Positions 1 through 14,502 are shown, counted from the stretch's first letter. The stretch: DNA of 64,000 nt from Octopus sinensis (GCF_006345805.1 NC_043003.1:86056001-86120000), one strand, 5' to 3'. The notes: generated by a model not told the origin, from the sequence alone. Numbers and translations are program-made.

Positions 1-2938
1 CAAAATTACATCCTTAGCATAGCTAGAACCGCATCTAAAAGACTGATCCTTCTTTTCAAGGCCAGAAAAATTTCAATCTCCCATAGTTGCTGATACTCTA
101 CAAGGCTCAAATGGGGTCTACAACTGCTTCCAGGACGGTGCTACTGCTGTGCATACTAATATCCTGGAAAACATATAGAAAACGAATATTGGACTTTCTG
201 ATATAAAATCATTTAGTGACAGATTCCAGCCTCGTATTCACAGGTGTTCTGTTTCTTTGCTATCTTTTCAGTCACTGTTACAATGGCTTCCATTTTTCGG
301 ATCTAGCTGATCTTGAACCTCCACCGTTCAAACAGCACCGACTCACTCGTCTTGCTACTTCTCGTTGCTCTTACTACTTCCACCACACTCTGGTCATACA
401 CTGAGCACCATGCTCAGTCAATCTACTCTAGAACATCGTTGTTCTGGATTCTTTTACTGGCTAATGTCTTTCCTGCAAGCGTTGTTCCGCAACAGAATAT
501 ATAGATTACTTCTACCGATCTTTGAAGCATCAATTTCACCGATTTTTGAAGGCACACAACAAAAGACAAGAGCCCTGTAATTTCTTTCAAACTTAACAAA
601 TAAAAAGCAAAATGCAAAATGAATTTTCTTAATTGTTTGATTTTTTAATTAATTTGAGATATTCAGCTCTGACAAAATCTGTGTCTAAAGCTATTCCTAA
701 ACCTAATTTTACGGTGTTAATTTCATGATGATGTCTTTTGTTTTAACTTTGTGGGTCAAGTATACACATGACTTTTTCCGATGTTCTATTTTTCCTTCAA
801 TTATCCCCAATCTAAGTGTGTAATACTATTCATTAGCAAACTGAGCTGAGGATGATGATAACCCTAACTATAGTAGCTATTAAATTTCGGTACGGTCGAT
901 CCAACATTTATTTATCAATTTATTTATTTATATATTTATTGTTTATTTGTTTCCCTGTAAAATGTACACGATGATTTTGATGATAATAAAAACGTTGCTC
1001 ACCAAATTCTTACTTTCCTTTCAGCATTTTATTATTTGTATGTTAATTGTGTTCATGATTTAATGCTTCAATAGTTTTTACTCAAAAATGAAGATTACAA
1101 TGAAGATCACGTTAATGTTGCTGCTACTGCCGCCGCCGCTGCTGCTGCTACCGTTGCTACTACTACTTATTAGGCTCAAGGGCTGACAGTGATGCAACAA
1201 AATGCAATGCACATTGAACATCGAGAAATTTACAAAACACCAGAAGTTGGACAAACGACATTACATAAAGCGGAGGGAAGGGTGAGGACCTTATGTAATA
1301 GATAGCTTAAAAATTTAATAAGATATGAAATAAATCTCTAGGAACATAAGAGCCGAACTACTCTGTTCACAGGGCTGTCCGTCACACGCAATAAATTTAA
1401 GCAAGATGATTTTGAAGTATTTAATTTGCCTTTATCTTTAAGTCAGGAAATTACCAAGTGCGGGTGTCAGATCGGATGCCAGATTAAATCTACTGCTCCA
1501 CAAAGCCCTGGGCAGGATTTGAACTCAAATGGATAAGTGATGTTAGAAATATCATAGCGTATATGGTTAATCCTTCTTTGAGTTCTGTCAAACCATAGTC
1601 TTGGATTGTCATATTTTAGTAACTCCGCAAGAATGAAATCCAAGAAGTGGCCTCGGTGAGAATTTAACATAGGCTAGAGAATCGAAACAAATATTGTACA
1701 ACATTTCGTCTAACTCTGCCAATTCGCCACCTAGAAGCAAATTAGATAAAACTGAAACAATAGCGAATCCATTCAAGTTATTCATCGAATTCCCATATGC
1801 AATGTTCATTTTTATTAGGAAATTCAAGATGTCAAAAATATATTTTAAAGAAATTTTTCAAAATAACTATTTAAAATATTGTGCATATTCAATATCAAAT
1901 ATCTACATAATTATAAAAAATAATGAAAAAGATATATTTTTCTTATGTATAATGCCAAAAATATCTTAAGTGAGAATATGACAATTATAAACGAAAGATA
2001 AAAAATATTTTAAATTTTAGAACATTTAATGAGAAATTAATCAATAACTAGTTTGTTAAATGTTTGAAGAAAAATTGTATTTTTTAAAATCCCAATTTAT
2101 CATTTATGAGATACAAAACCATAAAAAAGGACAACGTAATATTATTACGTGCCACTAGACCGTGTACGGCAACGTGTTAACTTAAATTTCATAACGTCTC
2201 TATTTCTCTCTATTGCAAAGGCACTGTATAGTGATTAGGAGTGAGCGTTTGAATGAGTTGAAGATAGTAGAGGTTCTGAGGAGAAAGGAATTGCGATTTG
2301 AGATGTTTATTGCGTTGTTTCAGACATGATATGACATGGAAGGAGACACCTATTATTTTGACAAGTCTGTATAACTCGGTTTGCTAGATCCATAGAAGCA
2401 GTAAACATAGAAATAGTAAATATAGCTTGTTCCGGTTGTGAATGTTTGCTATTAATTCGGATGACATTTTATTACTATTTTTGGTTGTATGTGGGCGCTA
2501 TCACAACAGATTTTGTGTGTACTACTTTCTGCATAACGTATTAATTATTCGTCGTCACTAAAATATAAAGATATATCAAGAGATATGTTAAGAAATATTG
2601 ACATTAAGCTCACGCTACAGGCGCAGCATTATAACGATTTTATATTTCCTGGTTTTATATTTGCCAAACGAAAATTTTCTTCAAAAAGATTCCTTTGTAG
2701 GGTTGCTTATTCAAAAGGAAAGATCAATATACCCGTGAATATTTGGTAGTATTGAACATTTCAAATCGAATATACAAATACGCTCGCTCTGTAATCCGAA
2801 TTCTTTTCTTTGCTTTCAGTTATATGAAGCTACATGAAACGTATGGTTACAGTCCATGAAATTTATATATTATTTGCATACCTACATGTATTTTATTTTG
2901 CTTATATACACTTATACAGACACAGATACAAGCACCCC

Positions 2939-2985
<47 letters not shown>

Positions 2986-2992
<7 letters not shown>

Positions 2993-3236
2993 AATTAGAG
3001 ACAAAACACTATTATACAAATCAAACAAAGAAAGACTTAAGCCAATACATAAAATAATTTGTTAAATTTTAATTTATATAAATTATTTTATGTATTGGCT
3101 TAAGTCTTTCTTTGTTTGATTTGCATAATAGTGGTTTTGTCTCTAATTTATTATAATATATTTTACTATAAAGTTGGATTCATTTTTAATCTGATTTTTC
3201 CTTGTAAATTTGGATTTATTCCCTAATATTTATTAT

Positions 3237-3240
<4 letters not shown>
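2986..3240. repeat. (TA)n-flanked hairpin plus tail
   Basis: Arms 2986-3060 and 3080-3155 nearly perfect; 85-bp unpaired tail; (TA)n on both sides. Confidence 0.8.
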
Positions 3241-3286
<46 letters not shown>

Positions 3287-3301
3287 TATATATATAATAT
3301 A

Positions 3302-3337
<36 letters not shown>

Positions 3338-3710
3338 TGTATGTATGTATGTATGTATGTATGGAAAATAGCTAGTTCTGAAATCTCAAGAACAGATCAA
3401 AGTAGTCACTATGCTAGTCGCCACACCAAAGTGACTGTTCCATGTTACCACTGGTTTAACCCCAGGCAGATCTTCCGTCAGCTGTTTATCGGTGTGATGC
3501 TGCAATCTTTATATAAAATAAATATTCCTAGTAGAGGGAAAGAACCCCTATCACCATCTAGCAGGTAACAGGATCGCTCTGGCAGACAGGTGCTCACGAC
3601 TGAGAATGAGCAAACTAGCTCGAAACTGAACCAGTGTGTATTTATATATATACATATATATACATATATATATATATAATATATATATATATACATATAT
3701 ATACATATAC

Positions 3711-3800
<90 letters not shown>

Positions 3801-4469
3801 TGTATATGTATATGTATGTATATATAATATATATATATATATTTATATAGAGTTATGTATACATACATATAATATAAAATAAGTGAAAGGAAAATATGCT
3901 CAGGATAGATAGCACAGAGTAGGACTCAATTGTATAGTTACTTAAATCCAACTTCATCCAGGCTGGCGTCGCAGGATCGAGAGTTAGTTATAAGAGCAAT
4001 CCCTACTAAGCTGTTTTGGAGGTAGTAAAGTTTATAAATATAGTTAGGTTTGAGACGTATATTCTTACATGGAACATAAAATACAGATTACAGATTAAAG
4101 AAAACTGTGTAAAATCTTATCTCGACAGCTGTTTCAGGTTGACAACGATTCACGTTATAACGATATTCATAAGTAATATTTAATGATGTCACAGAAGTAT
4201 ATCCAGTGACAAGTCCAAATGAAATTGTTTAAGTAAGTTAGGCGTCACTTTTCAAGAGCAGAGTCCCAAATGGGAATTGTCTAGCAGTGTCAGCAAATAT
4301 ATAGCTTCAAAAATAATAGAGAAGGGTAGTAAAAAGGGAGGTGTGGGAAAATGAAGCTTTGAGATAAGAGAGGGCGGGGGAAATAGCAGAAGAAAGTACG
4401 GCAAGGAAAAGATGAGAAATTATACTGTTTTTGCATAATGTTTTTGTAGAATGTGACTGCAAGAGAAAT

Positions 4470-4501
<32 letters not shown>

Positions 4502-4559
4502 TGTGTGTGTATATGTATGTGTGTGTATGTGTATGTGTGTGTCTGTGTATGTATGTATG

Positions 4560-4635
<76 letters not shown>

Positions 4636-4690
4636 CATATATATTTATATAAATATTTGTACATCTATTTAGGATTATATGTTATCATTA

Positions 4691-4738
4691 ACACACACAC
4701 ATATACACGCACACATGCACACACATTCACAGACACAG

Positions 4739-4814
<76 letters not shown>

Positions 4815-5195
4815 ATATATATATATATATAGAAGGCTTTTAGTCGAACAGAACGACTACAGGACTGATTTTTTCAAAGCCTGAAACTTATTACATCGGC
4901 TCCTCTTGCCGAAGTGCTAGGTTACAATGAGCTCCCCCTGCACCAATTGTCAAGCGGTGGAAGGGAACAAACACGGACAAAAAGACTCACACACACACAC
5001 ACAAACAAATATATATATACATAAACATACACACACGAAATATATATTGGCTTTTTTATGGGATAATTTTTATTTTAATCTTGATAATAGTGTTTACAGT
5101 GACTTGTAAAATAAAAGTTTTCCCCTCAAAAAAGCCATCTAACCTCATTAGTTCAAATAAATACGATACGCTAGCTTTCTCCTTATTATTCTACT

Positions 5196-5227
<32 letters not shown>

Positions 5228-5257
5228 GCACACATGCACACACATTCACAGACACAG

Positions 5258-5332
<75 letters not shown>

Positions 5333-5730
5333 ATATATATATATATATATAGAAGGCTTTTAGTCGAACAGAACGACTACAGGACTGATTTTTTCAAAGC
5401 CTGAAACTTATTACATCGGCTCCTCTTGCCGAAGTGCTAGGTTACAATGAGCTCCCCCTGCACCAATTGTCAAGCGGTGGAAGGGAACAAACACGGACAA
5501 AAAGACTCACACACACACACACAAACAAATATATATATACATAAACATACACACACAATATATATATTGGCTTTTTTAGGGGATAATTTTTATTTTAATC
5601 TTGATAATAGTGTTTACAGTGACTTGTAAAATAAAAGTTTTCCCCTCAAAAAAGCCATCTAACCTCATTAGTTCAAATAAATACGATACGCTAGCTTTCT
5701 CCTTATTATTCTACTACACACACACACACA
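4691..5730. repeat. 520-bp tandem duplication
   Basis: Identical ORFs offset by exactly 520 bp (4927/5447, 5081/5601); junctions lie in (CA)n. Confidence 0.9.
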
Positions 5731-5739
5731 CACACACAC

Positions 5740-5775
<36 letters not shown>

Positions 5776-6395
5776 GCTCCTCTCAGTTTCTGTTTACAAA
5801 ATATCTACTCGCAAAACTTTGATCGGTCCGAGGCTATAGTAGAAGACACTTGTCCAAGGTGTCATGCAGTGAAATTGGACCCAGAACCGTGCCATTGCGA
5901 AGCAAACTTCTTACCACTTGGACTCGCCTGTGCTTACACACTCACACATACACACAAACACATACACACAAAGAGTTAGCAAATAGACAATATATGCTGA
6001 TCTACATTAAAATCATAGATAGGTACTTAAAAAGGTAATATAAGTCTGTATCTTAATATATTAGCTGTAATGATAATAGTCTTGAATAGGTGGATACTTC
6101 ATATTTGCTGCGGGAAAACATTTCTTTGAGTTATGAAATATACTGATAGCCTTAAAAGTTATATCGATCTGAAAACATGATACTGCTTTTCTGCAATAAA
6201 CTCCATTCTTCAAGTGGAATGTCTGTAATTCAAGGATTCTTGAATAAACACCAGTTTTTCCATTCATGTGTTAATAATGCAAAGTATATCTCTAACTTTG
6301 TTAATAATGATGATGATGATGATGATGATGTTGATGACGACGACAACGACGACAACGACGACGACGACGACGATGATGATGATAATAATAATAAT

Positions 6396-6430
<35 letters not shown>

Positions 6431-6432
<2 letters not shown>

Positions 6433-6627
6433 TCTCCGTGAACTACAAAAGATAACTTTGATGGGTACTGCCCATATACTACGGAAAGCACTCTCCATCT
6501 AAAATGGAATAAATGTGGTGATAATTTTAGCATTCATAGCAAAACAAAATTGCCCTTGTTACTCTTGGCCTCCACAGGATGCCCGGTACTAAGGCAGCTG
6601 AAATAAGGTTATAATGACAGGAAACTA

Positions 6628-6630
<3 letters not shown>
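6431..6630 (+). mobile_element. Dong/R4 3' stub
   Basis: NLRELQKITLMGTAHILRKALSI* plus 3' UTR, between two (TAA)n tracts; matches the C-terminus of the 59751 element. Confidence 0.75.
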
Positions 6631-6687
<57 letters not shown>

Positions 6688-6690
<3 letters not shown>

Positions 6691-6924
6691 GCCTTGATGC
6701 AGTACCAGGCAGTGGCTCTCATGGCTTCTGATCTTAACTGATTGGAAGTGTTATCATGTACATTGTTTTGTCTTGGTATAAAAGATGGGCTTCAGCAAAT
6801 ATTCTGCTCAATACCACAGATTTGCTTGTCAGTTGTTTGACCTTAACCAGTTGAGTATGTCCCTTAGCGGTTGACGATATGTGCATCTCTGATCATGAGC
6901 AGGAGTAGTGGGGGAAGATCATAG
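6688..6924. mobile_element. Unclassified TAA-associated interspersed repeat (left part)
   Basis: Begins directly after (TAA)n and shares about 130 bp with 58731-58865. Confidence 0.6.
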
Positions 6925-7381
6925 ATAATCAAGTAAATAATGCTGTTGTTTGATGAAACTGATTTTTCAAATAGAGGACTGCACACACATACACACACTT
7001 ACGTGCGCGCACGCACATACACGCACGCACATACACGCACACACACATGCAACCATATGCGCGTGCTCACACACGCAAAGAAAGATTTTCTTAAAAGATA
7101 TTAGCTATTTAAGAAAAGACGTTTTTGGAAAAGCAGAACAAGAACTTTTGGGAATGAAATTTTCGTATTGAATGTAAGCGCTTTTATTGTTGAACTTTTT
7201 AAACACACTCATAATGGGGTAAACTGTGTGTATTCTCGCGTGAAGATCGCGTTGTTTTTCGTAATGATGGTGGCTACTTCCGGCTCGGTTTCAGAATTGG
7301 AATTCTTATCACATTTTTAGTTTGCCTTTCGTAGTTGATCACTTTCTTAATTTATTTTGGAAAATGGGAATCTTTTGAATG

Positions 7382-7779
7382 GGCGCAGGAGTGGCTGTGT
7401 GGTAAGTAGCTTGTTTACCAACCACATGGTTCCGGGTTCAGTCCTACTGCGTGGCACCTTGGGCAAGTGTCTTCTACTATAGCCTCGGGCCAACCAAAGC
7501 CTTGTGAGTGGATTTGGTAGACGGAAACTGAAAGAAACCCGTCGTATATATGTATATATATATATGCGTGTGTGTGTTTGTGTGTCTTTGTTTGTCCCCC
7601 TCGCATTGCTTGACAACCGATGCTGGTGTGTTTATGTCCCCGTTAACTAGCGGTTCGGCAAAAGAGACCGATAAAATAAGTACTGGGCTTACAAAAGAAT
7701 AAGTCCCGGGGTCGAGTTGCTCGATTAAAGGCGGTGCTCCAGCATGGCCGCAGTCGGATGACTGAAACAAGTAAAAGAG
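7382..7779 (+). mobile_element. tRNA-derived SINE family A
   Basis: A/B-box-like head (GTGGCTGTGTGG...GGTTCAGTCC), internal TA/TG tract, GTAAAAGA tail; near-identical copy at 42317. Confidence 0.85.
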
Positions 7780-7849
7780 TATTACATTTGCGGAAACGTC
7801 TAGATGCACACTTCATAGAACAGTTGTGACAGAAGAATTCTTAGTTTGC

Positions 7850-8205
7850 TGTTTGGGCACTTACTTTCACGCAGTTAATTCATTTTGATCCTATTCATCT
7901 GATGTAATTTTCATTCCAGTGTGGGCAAGTGATGCAGTAGATGAAATTTATTGCTTTGCAATTTACATTTACAGTCACTTTCAATTTCTTTACCCGTTCT
8001 TGTTTCTTTTGGTTGTTCCTTGTTTAATTCTTTCAGATGTCCACAACGAGGTTCTCCACAGTTTCTTATCTGCAATTTTGTCCCCCCAAAGTAAATTTGT
8101 GTAAATGGAAAATTAAAAATATTCCTATATTTTTTTTTATAAGCGATCAACTACGAAAGGTAACGGAAGACTACTTTGTGAGAATTCTAAATCCCAAACT
8201 AAACC
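7850..8205. mobile_element. Penelope-like GIY-YIG relic in two opposed pieces
   Basis: Minus strand 7850-8070 gives CGEPRCG...KAINFIYCITCPHWNENYI; plus strand 8090-8205 gives CVNGKLKIF...DQLRKVTEDYFVRILNPKLNLK*. Confidence 0.65.
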
Positions 8206-8769
8206 TGAAATAGTCAATACCATTACTAAAACAACATCCTTTATACGCAATAACACATAATACCTTTTTGAAAAACTGAATAACGAACACTTATACCCAA
8301 TAGGAAAACTTTGTTCCAACAGACTCATTTCATTCTGTTTTTCCAAACAAAATTTTAAAATAGTAACTTCTAAGGAAATCTATCTTTTAAGAATATTGTG
8401 ACTATATGAAGTAGTTTTAGAAAACACACACAAACACAGACACACACTCTCACACGTGTGCATGTGTGTGAGCGTATGTATATAATACTTTACAGAAGTA
8501 AGTTAAAAGTTTACAGTTGGCTTTAGCTAAAGAGACGGTGAAGTTATCAGAATAATTGTAACTCTTCTTGACACTACTTATATTAAAGAGTTAAAACCAC
8601 TTATGTGATGTGGGAAGTGTTTATGTATTATATTTCAGATAGGAAATTAGCTTTAGGCTAAATAGTGAGTTTTACCAAATTACCTTGCTGATTGTTTTTT
8701 TTTTATCAGAGAGTGTATTCTTCTCTTCTTTATAATGTATATTTGCAATATTCTGCGACGTGTGTATTG

Positions 8770-8970
8770 GATCGTTAATCGGAGAATAACTTGGTAATTC
8801 GTTTACTAATGTTACTAGATAAAGACTTTAGGTTAAGGGATGAATAAATGGAGTGTTTTCCGATATAATGAAGAGTCTCGCTAGAATTCTTGTACAGCCT
8901 ATTTCTAACCGAATTTAGTTTTAGGGTTGTAGCCAAGAAATTAACTATGTTATTGTTAGAGATCACGATA
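8770..8970 (-). mobile_element. Penelope-like RT C-terminal (thumb) relic
   Basis: VNFLATTLKLN...LYKNSSETLHYIGKHS...NISKRITKLFSD resembles the PLE pattern FLDVTL...YxKP...YI...SNHP...ISKRI. Confidence 0.6.
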
Positions 8971-9408
8971 ATTCAATGTTTCTTAATATATTAACTAAGT
9001 GTAACTTGCTGATGGCTATATTTTATTACGTGATATAATTCATCTGTCAACATGAATCCTAGAACTACTCGGTTAAACCCTGTTCGAAGAGCATTTAAGA
9101 CACATAAATTTATTAAATTTATGAAGGAACATAAATATATTAAGGCACATAAATTTATTAAATTATTTATTTAGATCCATCAAGCACCCTATTAGGGTGT
9201 AATTCTGTATCACACTATGTGTCCCTCAGAGTAAGTAATTAAAAATGAGAAGTAACTTTCTAGTTTGCCCGATCATTTTAATATCCCTAACGCTAATCGT
9301 AGGGTATCCGCTGCCGAAACATTAGTGAGAAAGATTTGATTATGAATTCCACAATGTAAGTGAAGAAATTTGTCGTTAATTTTGTCATGTATGTTATTAA
9401 ACCAAATT

Positions 9409-9749
9409 GGAGGCGCAATGGCCCAGTGGTTAGGGCAGCGGACTCGCGGTCATAGGATCGCGGTTTCGATTCCCAGACCGGGCGTTGTGAGTGTTTATTG
9501 AGCGAAAACACCTAAAGCTCCACGAGGCTCCGGCAGGGGATGGTGGTGATCCCTGCTGTACTCTTTCACCACAAATTTCTCTCACTCTTACTTCCTGTTT
9601 CTGTTGTACCTGAATATCCCCGAGAACTACGTTAAGGGTACACGTGTCTGTGGAGTGCTCAGCCACTTACACGTTAATTTCACGAGCAGGCTGTTCCGTT
9701 GATTCGGATCAACCGGAACCCTCGTCGTCGTAACCGACGGAGTGCTTCC
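9409..9749 (+). mobile_element. tRNA-derived SINE family B
   Basis: TGGCCCAGTGG A-box and GGTTTCGATTCC B-box; lacks 41 bp between CTG microhomologies relative to the 41831 copy. Confidence 0.85.
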
Positions 9750-10687
9750 TTCCCCTTCCCTAAACCAAATTAAACCAATTAATGACCAAAATTCTATTGT
9801 TCTAGCATAAAAGTTTAGTAGTTCCATTTTTATAGTTTTCAATGAGTCTTATATATTTATACTAGACTTGCATCTCTCTCTTTTATCAGGGTTAAATAAA
9901 TAAGTGTTTAAGGTTTGCTAAGAAAATTGTGGTGTGGTCATTTAATATAACATAGTTTTAGAATGTTAGGCATTTTACTCTCTTATACATATAAGTAGAC
10001 CAGACGCTAAAGCTTTCATTGCTTTGTGAATTAACATACGAGTATTTGTTTTTTTTTTTAATAATCTTAATAATATCGTAGAAGTCCTGCGGCTAATCTT
10101 GAAGAAATTCTTCGCCAGAGAAAACATTTTTTACACATAGAGGTGAAATACTTCACGTATTTATGAAAAGCACTTTGAACGTCGTTTTAAGATAATGTTT
10201 TTAAGACACAGCTACTTACTTGTTATGTGGGTGTGTACTTGTGCGTATCGTTAATTATTTATCTCCTCCAGTGAATAAGCCCACTTGTATGCGTTAGCTG
10301 AGAGTTTGCTTGTACTTATGTATGTTCTTCGTGTATGTTTGTATGAATGTGGTGTTTAGGTATGAGTGTAGGAACACATTCATGCATAAATGTAGTTGTG
10401 CATGAAAGCATGAATATATATATATATATATATATAAAGATATTGTGAGTGTGCACACATAAAGAAACAAGCATATACGTATGCGTTAATAAGCATAACC
10501 AAACATACATACGTTTCGACAAATGAGCACATACTATATGTGTATACATGTAAACACACACATACGTATTTTTGTGTACGAGCATACATCCATACGGATA
10601 GGTATATGAACAGATGCACATGTATACACTTATACGTACACATACACTCACACACGCACACACACACATACACGCACACATATATGT

Positions 10688-11021
10688 GAAGGCGCATGGC
10701 TCAATGGTTAGAGCGTCGAGCTTACGATCGGGAGGTTGTGAGTTCGAATCCCGGACCGAGCTGCGTGTTGCATTCTTGAGCAAGACACTTTATTTCACGT
10801 TGCTCCAGTTCACTCAGCTGTAGAAATGACTTGCGTCGTCACAGGTGCCAAGCTGTATCGGCCTTTGCCTCTCCCTTGGATAACATTGGTGGCATGGAGA
10901 GGGGAGGCCGGTATGCATGGGCGACTGCTAGTCTTCCATAAACAACCTTGCCCGGACTTGTGTCTGGGAGGGTAACCTTCTAGGTGCAATCCCATGGTCA
11001 GTCATGACCGAAGGGGGTCTC
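10688..11021 (+). mobile_element. tRNA-derived SINE family C
   Basis: TGGCTCAATGG...GAGTTCGAATCCC head followed by a CTTGAGCAAGACACTT central block. Confidence 0.75.
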
Positions 11022-11022
11022 A

Positions 11023-11076
<54 letters not shown>

Positions 11077-11679
11077 ATATATATATATATCAAAACAAGA
11101 AAGCACAAAAAACACAACAACGCGAGGACGTGGAACAAATATAGTATTATTGGACGCTCAGGAAAGAAGGAAAGAAGGAGGGTTTAACGTTTCGGGCGGA
11201 GCTCTTCGCCGGAAACATAGAAGGAAAGATCCAGAGAAGGGAAGACAGAGGAAAAAAATCGCCAACGGTACACACGAGGTCACATTTTGAAAGTAATATA
11301 TATATATTACTTGTATCAGTTATTAGACTGCGGCCATGCTGGAGCTCGGCCTTGAAGAATCTTTAGTCGAATAAATCGACCCCAGTACTTATTTGCAGCG
11401 TCCCCTTCAACTTACTACAAACCGTGACATTTAATGCATAAATGAATATTGAATTCTGTAGTTCAGTAAAGTCGATCCAATATGTTTACAAATATGTAAT
11501 CATAGAATATGACTATGTAATATCTGTTTTGACACAGCGAAACAGCCGGAGTGAAGTTACTAGCATCAACAACAACCAGGCTGCAGAAGCAATGGCATAT
11601 TCTGGCTCTTTCTTGTTTTTGTCATTCATGAAGATATTTTTGAGTAAAACAGTGTTCATTTGGGAAAATGATCAACAGG

Positions 11680-11734
<55 letters not shown>

Positions 11735-12384
11735 TACACACACACGCATACAGAGATTATCTTTCTCTCTATGTAAGTATGTATGTATGTATCTCTCTCT
11801 CTCTATATATATTAATTAATTACGTCAAATTCACATCACTCTAATTAAATATTCTAAATGACTTGACATAATTGTCCTGCATTTGGGTTTTGTTGTCCTT
11901 TTTCCTCTAATATATACCTACTAACTCGGAAGCCTACTGCGGATCATTACCTCCAGCCTCAGCTGTGAACTTGGAACCTGACAGATGACCAATTATAGCA
12001 CTTACACAACGTACCTGTTCGTTTAGATCACCAAAGAACTAAATCCTTCATATGATATATATATATATATATAATATATATATATTACATATATATATAC
12101 ATATATACATACATACACACACGCAGACACATACACAGACACGTATATATGTATGCGTGTGTATATATATATATGTATGTATGCGCTTATATATATGTAT
12201 GTGTATATATGTATGTATGTATATATATATAAATATAAGCAATGATATGAGAGCTATCGGTATCTAGAAGACCCAAGATGACAGGTAATGCTATGTAACT
12301 GCTACGAGATGCCCGTAGTTAGACTCTCGGTTCGATGATATTACAAGTGAAGAGTCTATCGCGGGTCTTGTGTGAACATGTATA

Positions 12385-12654
12385 TGTTAAATAAAATGAA
12401 ACAAGAAAGCCAAGGCTGTGTGGAATTTCTAAAACATCTATAAAGAGAAAGGTAGCCTTACACCCATTTCTGCGATATTAGGGATATTCCTTCATCAGAG
12501 ACGATATGAGGGAGTTAACTACTGTTTCCCTGATATCGTCTCTGATGAAGAGATATTCTAATATCCCCAAAACAGCTTTAAGTCTAACTTCCTCTTTTTA
12601 AATGTCCTATAAATTCCACAGGGCCTTGGTTTTGTTGTCTCATGTTATTTAACA
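12385..12654. mobile_element. Degenerate palindromic element with two inverted hammerhead-like motifs
   Basis: Arms pair imperfectly; GTCT-CTGATGA on both strands (12538-48 on +, 12492-502 on -). Confidence 0.65.
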
Positions 12655-14502
12655 CACACACGCACACACACATACACACACACTAACACACATAACTGCT
12701 ATCGATTTTTGTTTATTTCTATATATGACAAGCTTGTGTACAATTTACAAGTACCAACTTGTACCCTCGTATAGGCACTTGCCGAAGGCGCTACATAAAG
12801 AGATGTAATTTAACCACGCAACTATACATCCACACCTTTGTATAATCCAGGTAAGTATTCGGCTATGCTGTGTGTACAACTGTATATAATTTCAATAGAT
12901 CTTTAACCACTTATTTTCTCTGAAACTGCAATTAATTCATTGAAAGAGCTACAATGTATTCAGTTAAGTGTGTTTAAATCCTATTGATAAACCACTGGAA
13001 TATAAAGCATTAATGTTCTAATAAAAATGTTGGAAAAGAAAATGTATGAAATATAATTAGGTGAAACTTCAAACTTCCAATAATCAATTAAAAAGTAAAA
13101 AGAACTACAAGCGTTATTCACAATAGTAATGTTGCTACAAGATTTCCGTTAAAAAGAAGCGGCAAATGAAAGCATTAAAAAAAGTTGGTGATTTTTCTAT
13201 GAAATATTACACAAATAAAATTTAAAACGATAAAAGCAAATAAACAAAAACAAATATACAAAAAACACGCTATCTGCCATGCTGTATTGATTTTCGTTTG
13301 TATGCAGCACAATTATTAAAACCAAAATTCGTTGACGTGTCTGCACAATAGTTTTTTAAAAATAAATATAAATAAGCTGAGAGATATCAGAGTTTCAAAA
13401 TAGCAATATATTTTAGAATATACGAATACTTAATTACATATATCGTCTTATTATGCTCTATATTAAAATATGTCACGAATTGTTTTCTATTGATTGAAAA
13501 TAAAACTATTGTTTTGTCAAAGAAATTATATTCGGTATATATGCAATATATTGCTAGTGCTTAGTAGGTGCATTATAGCCTAATAGTTAATGTGGAGGGA
13601 TTCTGATCAGCCTACTAAGAGACTAAAGGTGGACTGACACATTGTTATAATGTGAAGAACTGTGAGCGATTGGCATTTCAGGTAGGTAAGCAGTTCACTG
13701 TGAGTCGTTGATTGAGAGCGTTGAGTATCGTGTGATAGTAATCGTATTGCGTCGTGTTAGTACTTTCATTCCCTCTCCTTCGTTAAATTATATATCTAAC
13801 ATACAAAGATGTAAAAGGTAAGAACTTCGCATCGCTATCAGGAAATTCAGGTTCAATCCGCTGCATGACATCTTAAGCAATTATATATATTTTTATCTAA
13901 CCACAGCTTGACCCATACTCAGTGAATGAAACTAAGTAGAGAGAGACTTGCAGAAGCCCATCAAGTGGCTTGTACTTGTAAATCAAAAGGTACAGTCTTG
14001 TCACACGTTGTGTCAAGCAAATTAGTTTACGGGAATACGTGGCTGTGGAATACTCAACCACTTACACGTTAATTCAGGAGCAGGTAATTTAGTTGTGCAA
14101 ACAACTGAATCATCATTGTCGAACGACGAAGATCCACTACCGTTATTAGAGTTTGTTTGAAGAGGGCTTTATGACTGTTACACTTTAGATATACTTAACT
14201 AGTGAACGAAATGGAAGGCATAAACGTTATATTTAACATAACGAAACATGTTCGAGTGTTACCCTTTACCTATGAGAAGAAATCGTGAAGATAATCGTTA
14301 TATTTATCATAATGAAACAGAATTGAGTGTTACATTTTAAAGACTATTAACCACGGATAAAAATGAAATACAATCGCAATATTTTGCATAACGAAACATT
14401 GCTATGAAGATCTAAAAAGATATGCATCAACATAGAAATAAGAAAAAATATAAAACTTAACGTGAAACTTTTGCAGATCCATCTATTTAGTATAAATATA
14501 TT

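Noticed and set aside
1-620. Coding-like composition with several short ORFs and a minus-strand ttacag at 575-580
   Set aside because: All frames are interrupted and none resembles the expected next LGR exon or a family I recognise; possibly a decayed TE.
1467-1827. Overlapping minus-strand ORFs with protein-like text
   Set aside because: They partly overlap a degenerate SINE family D piece, and no open spliceable frame was found.
8037-8090. Plus-strand 54-bp exon-like segment (CPQRGSPQFLICNFVPP) with a strong pyrimidine tract
   Set aside because: The region is better explained as the antisense of a PLE GIY-YIG relic, and no partner exons were found.
9411-9485. tRNA-like sequences here and at 10688, 24860 and about 42140-42213
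   Set aside because: They are SINE heads followed by repeat bodies, not tRNA genes.
12780-12856. Strong plus-strand donor CAG|GTAAGT
   Set aside because: All frames from the nearest acceptors contain stops.
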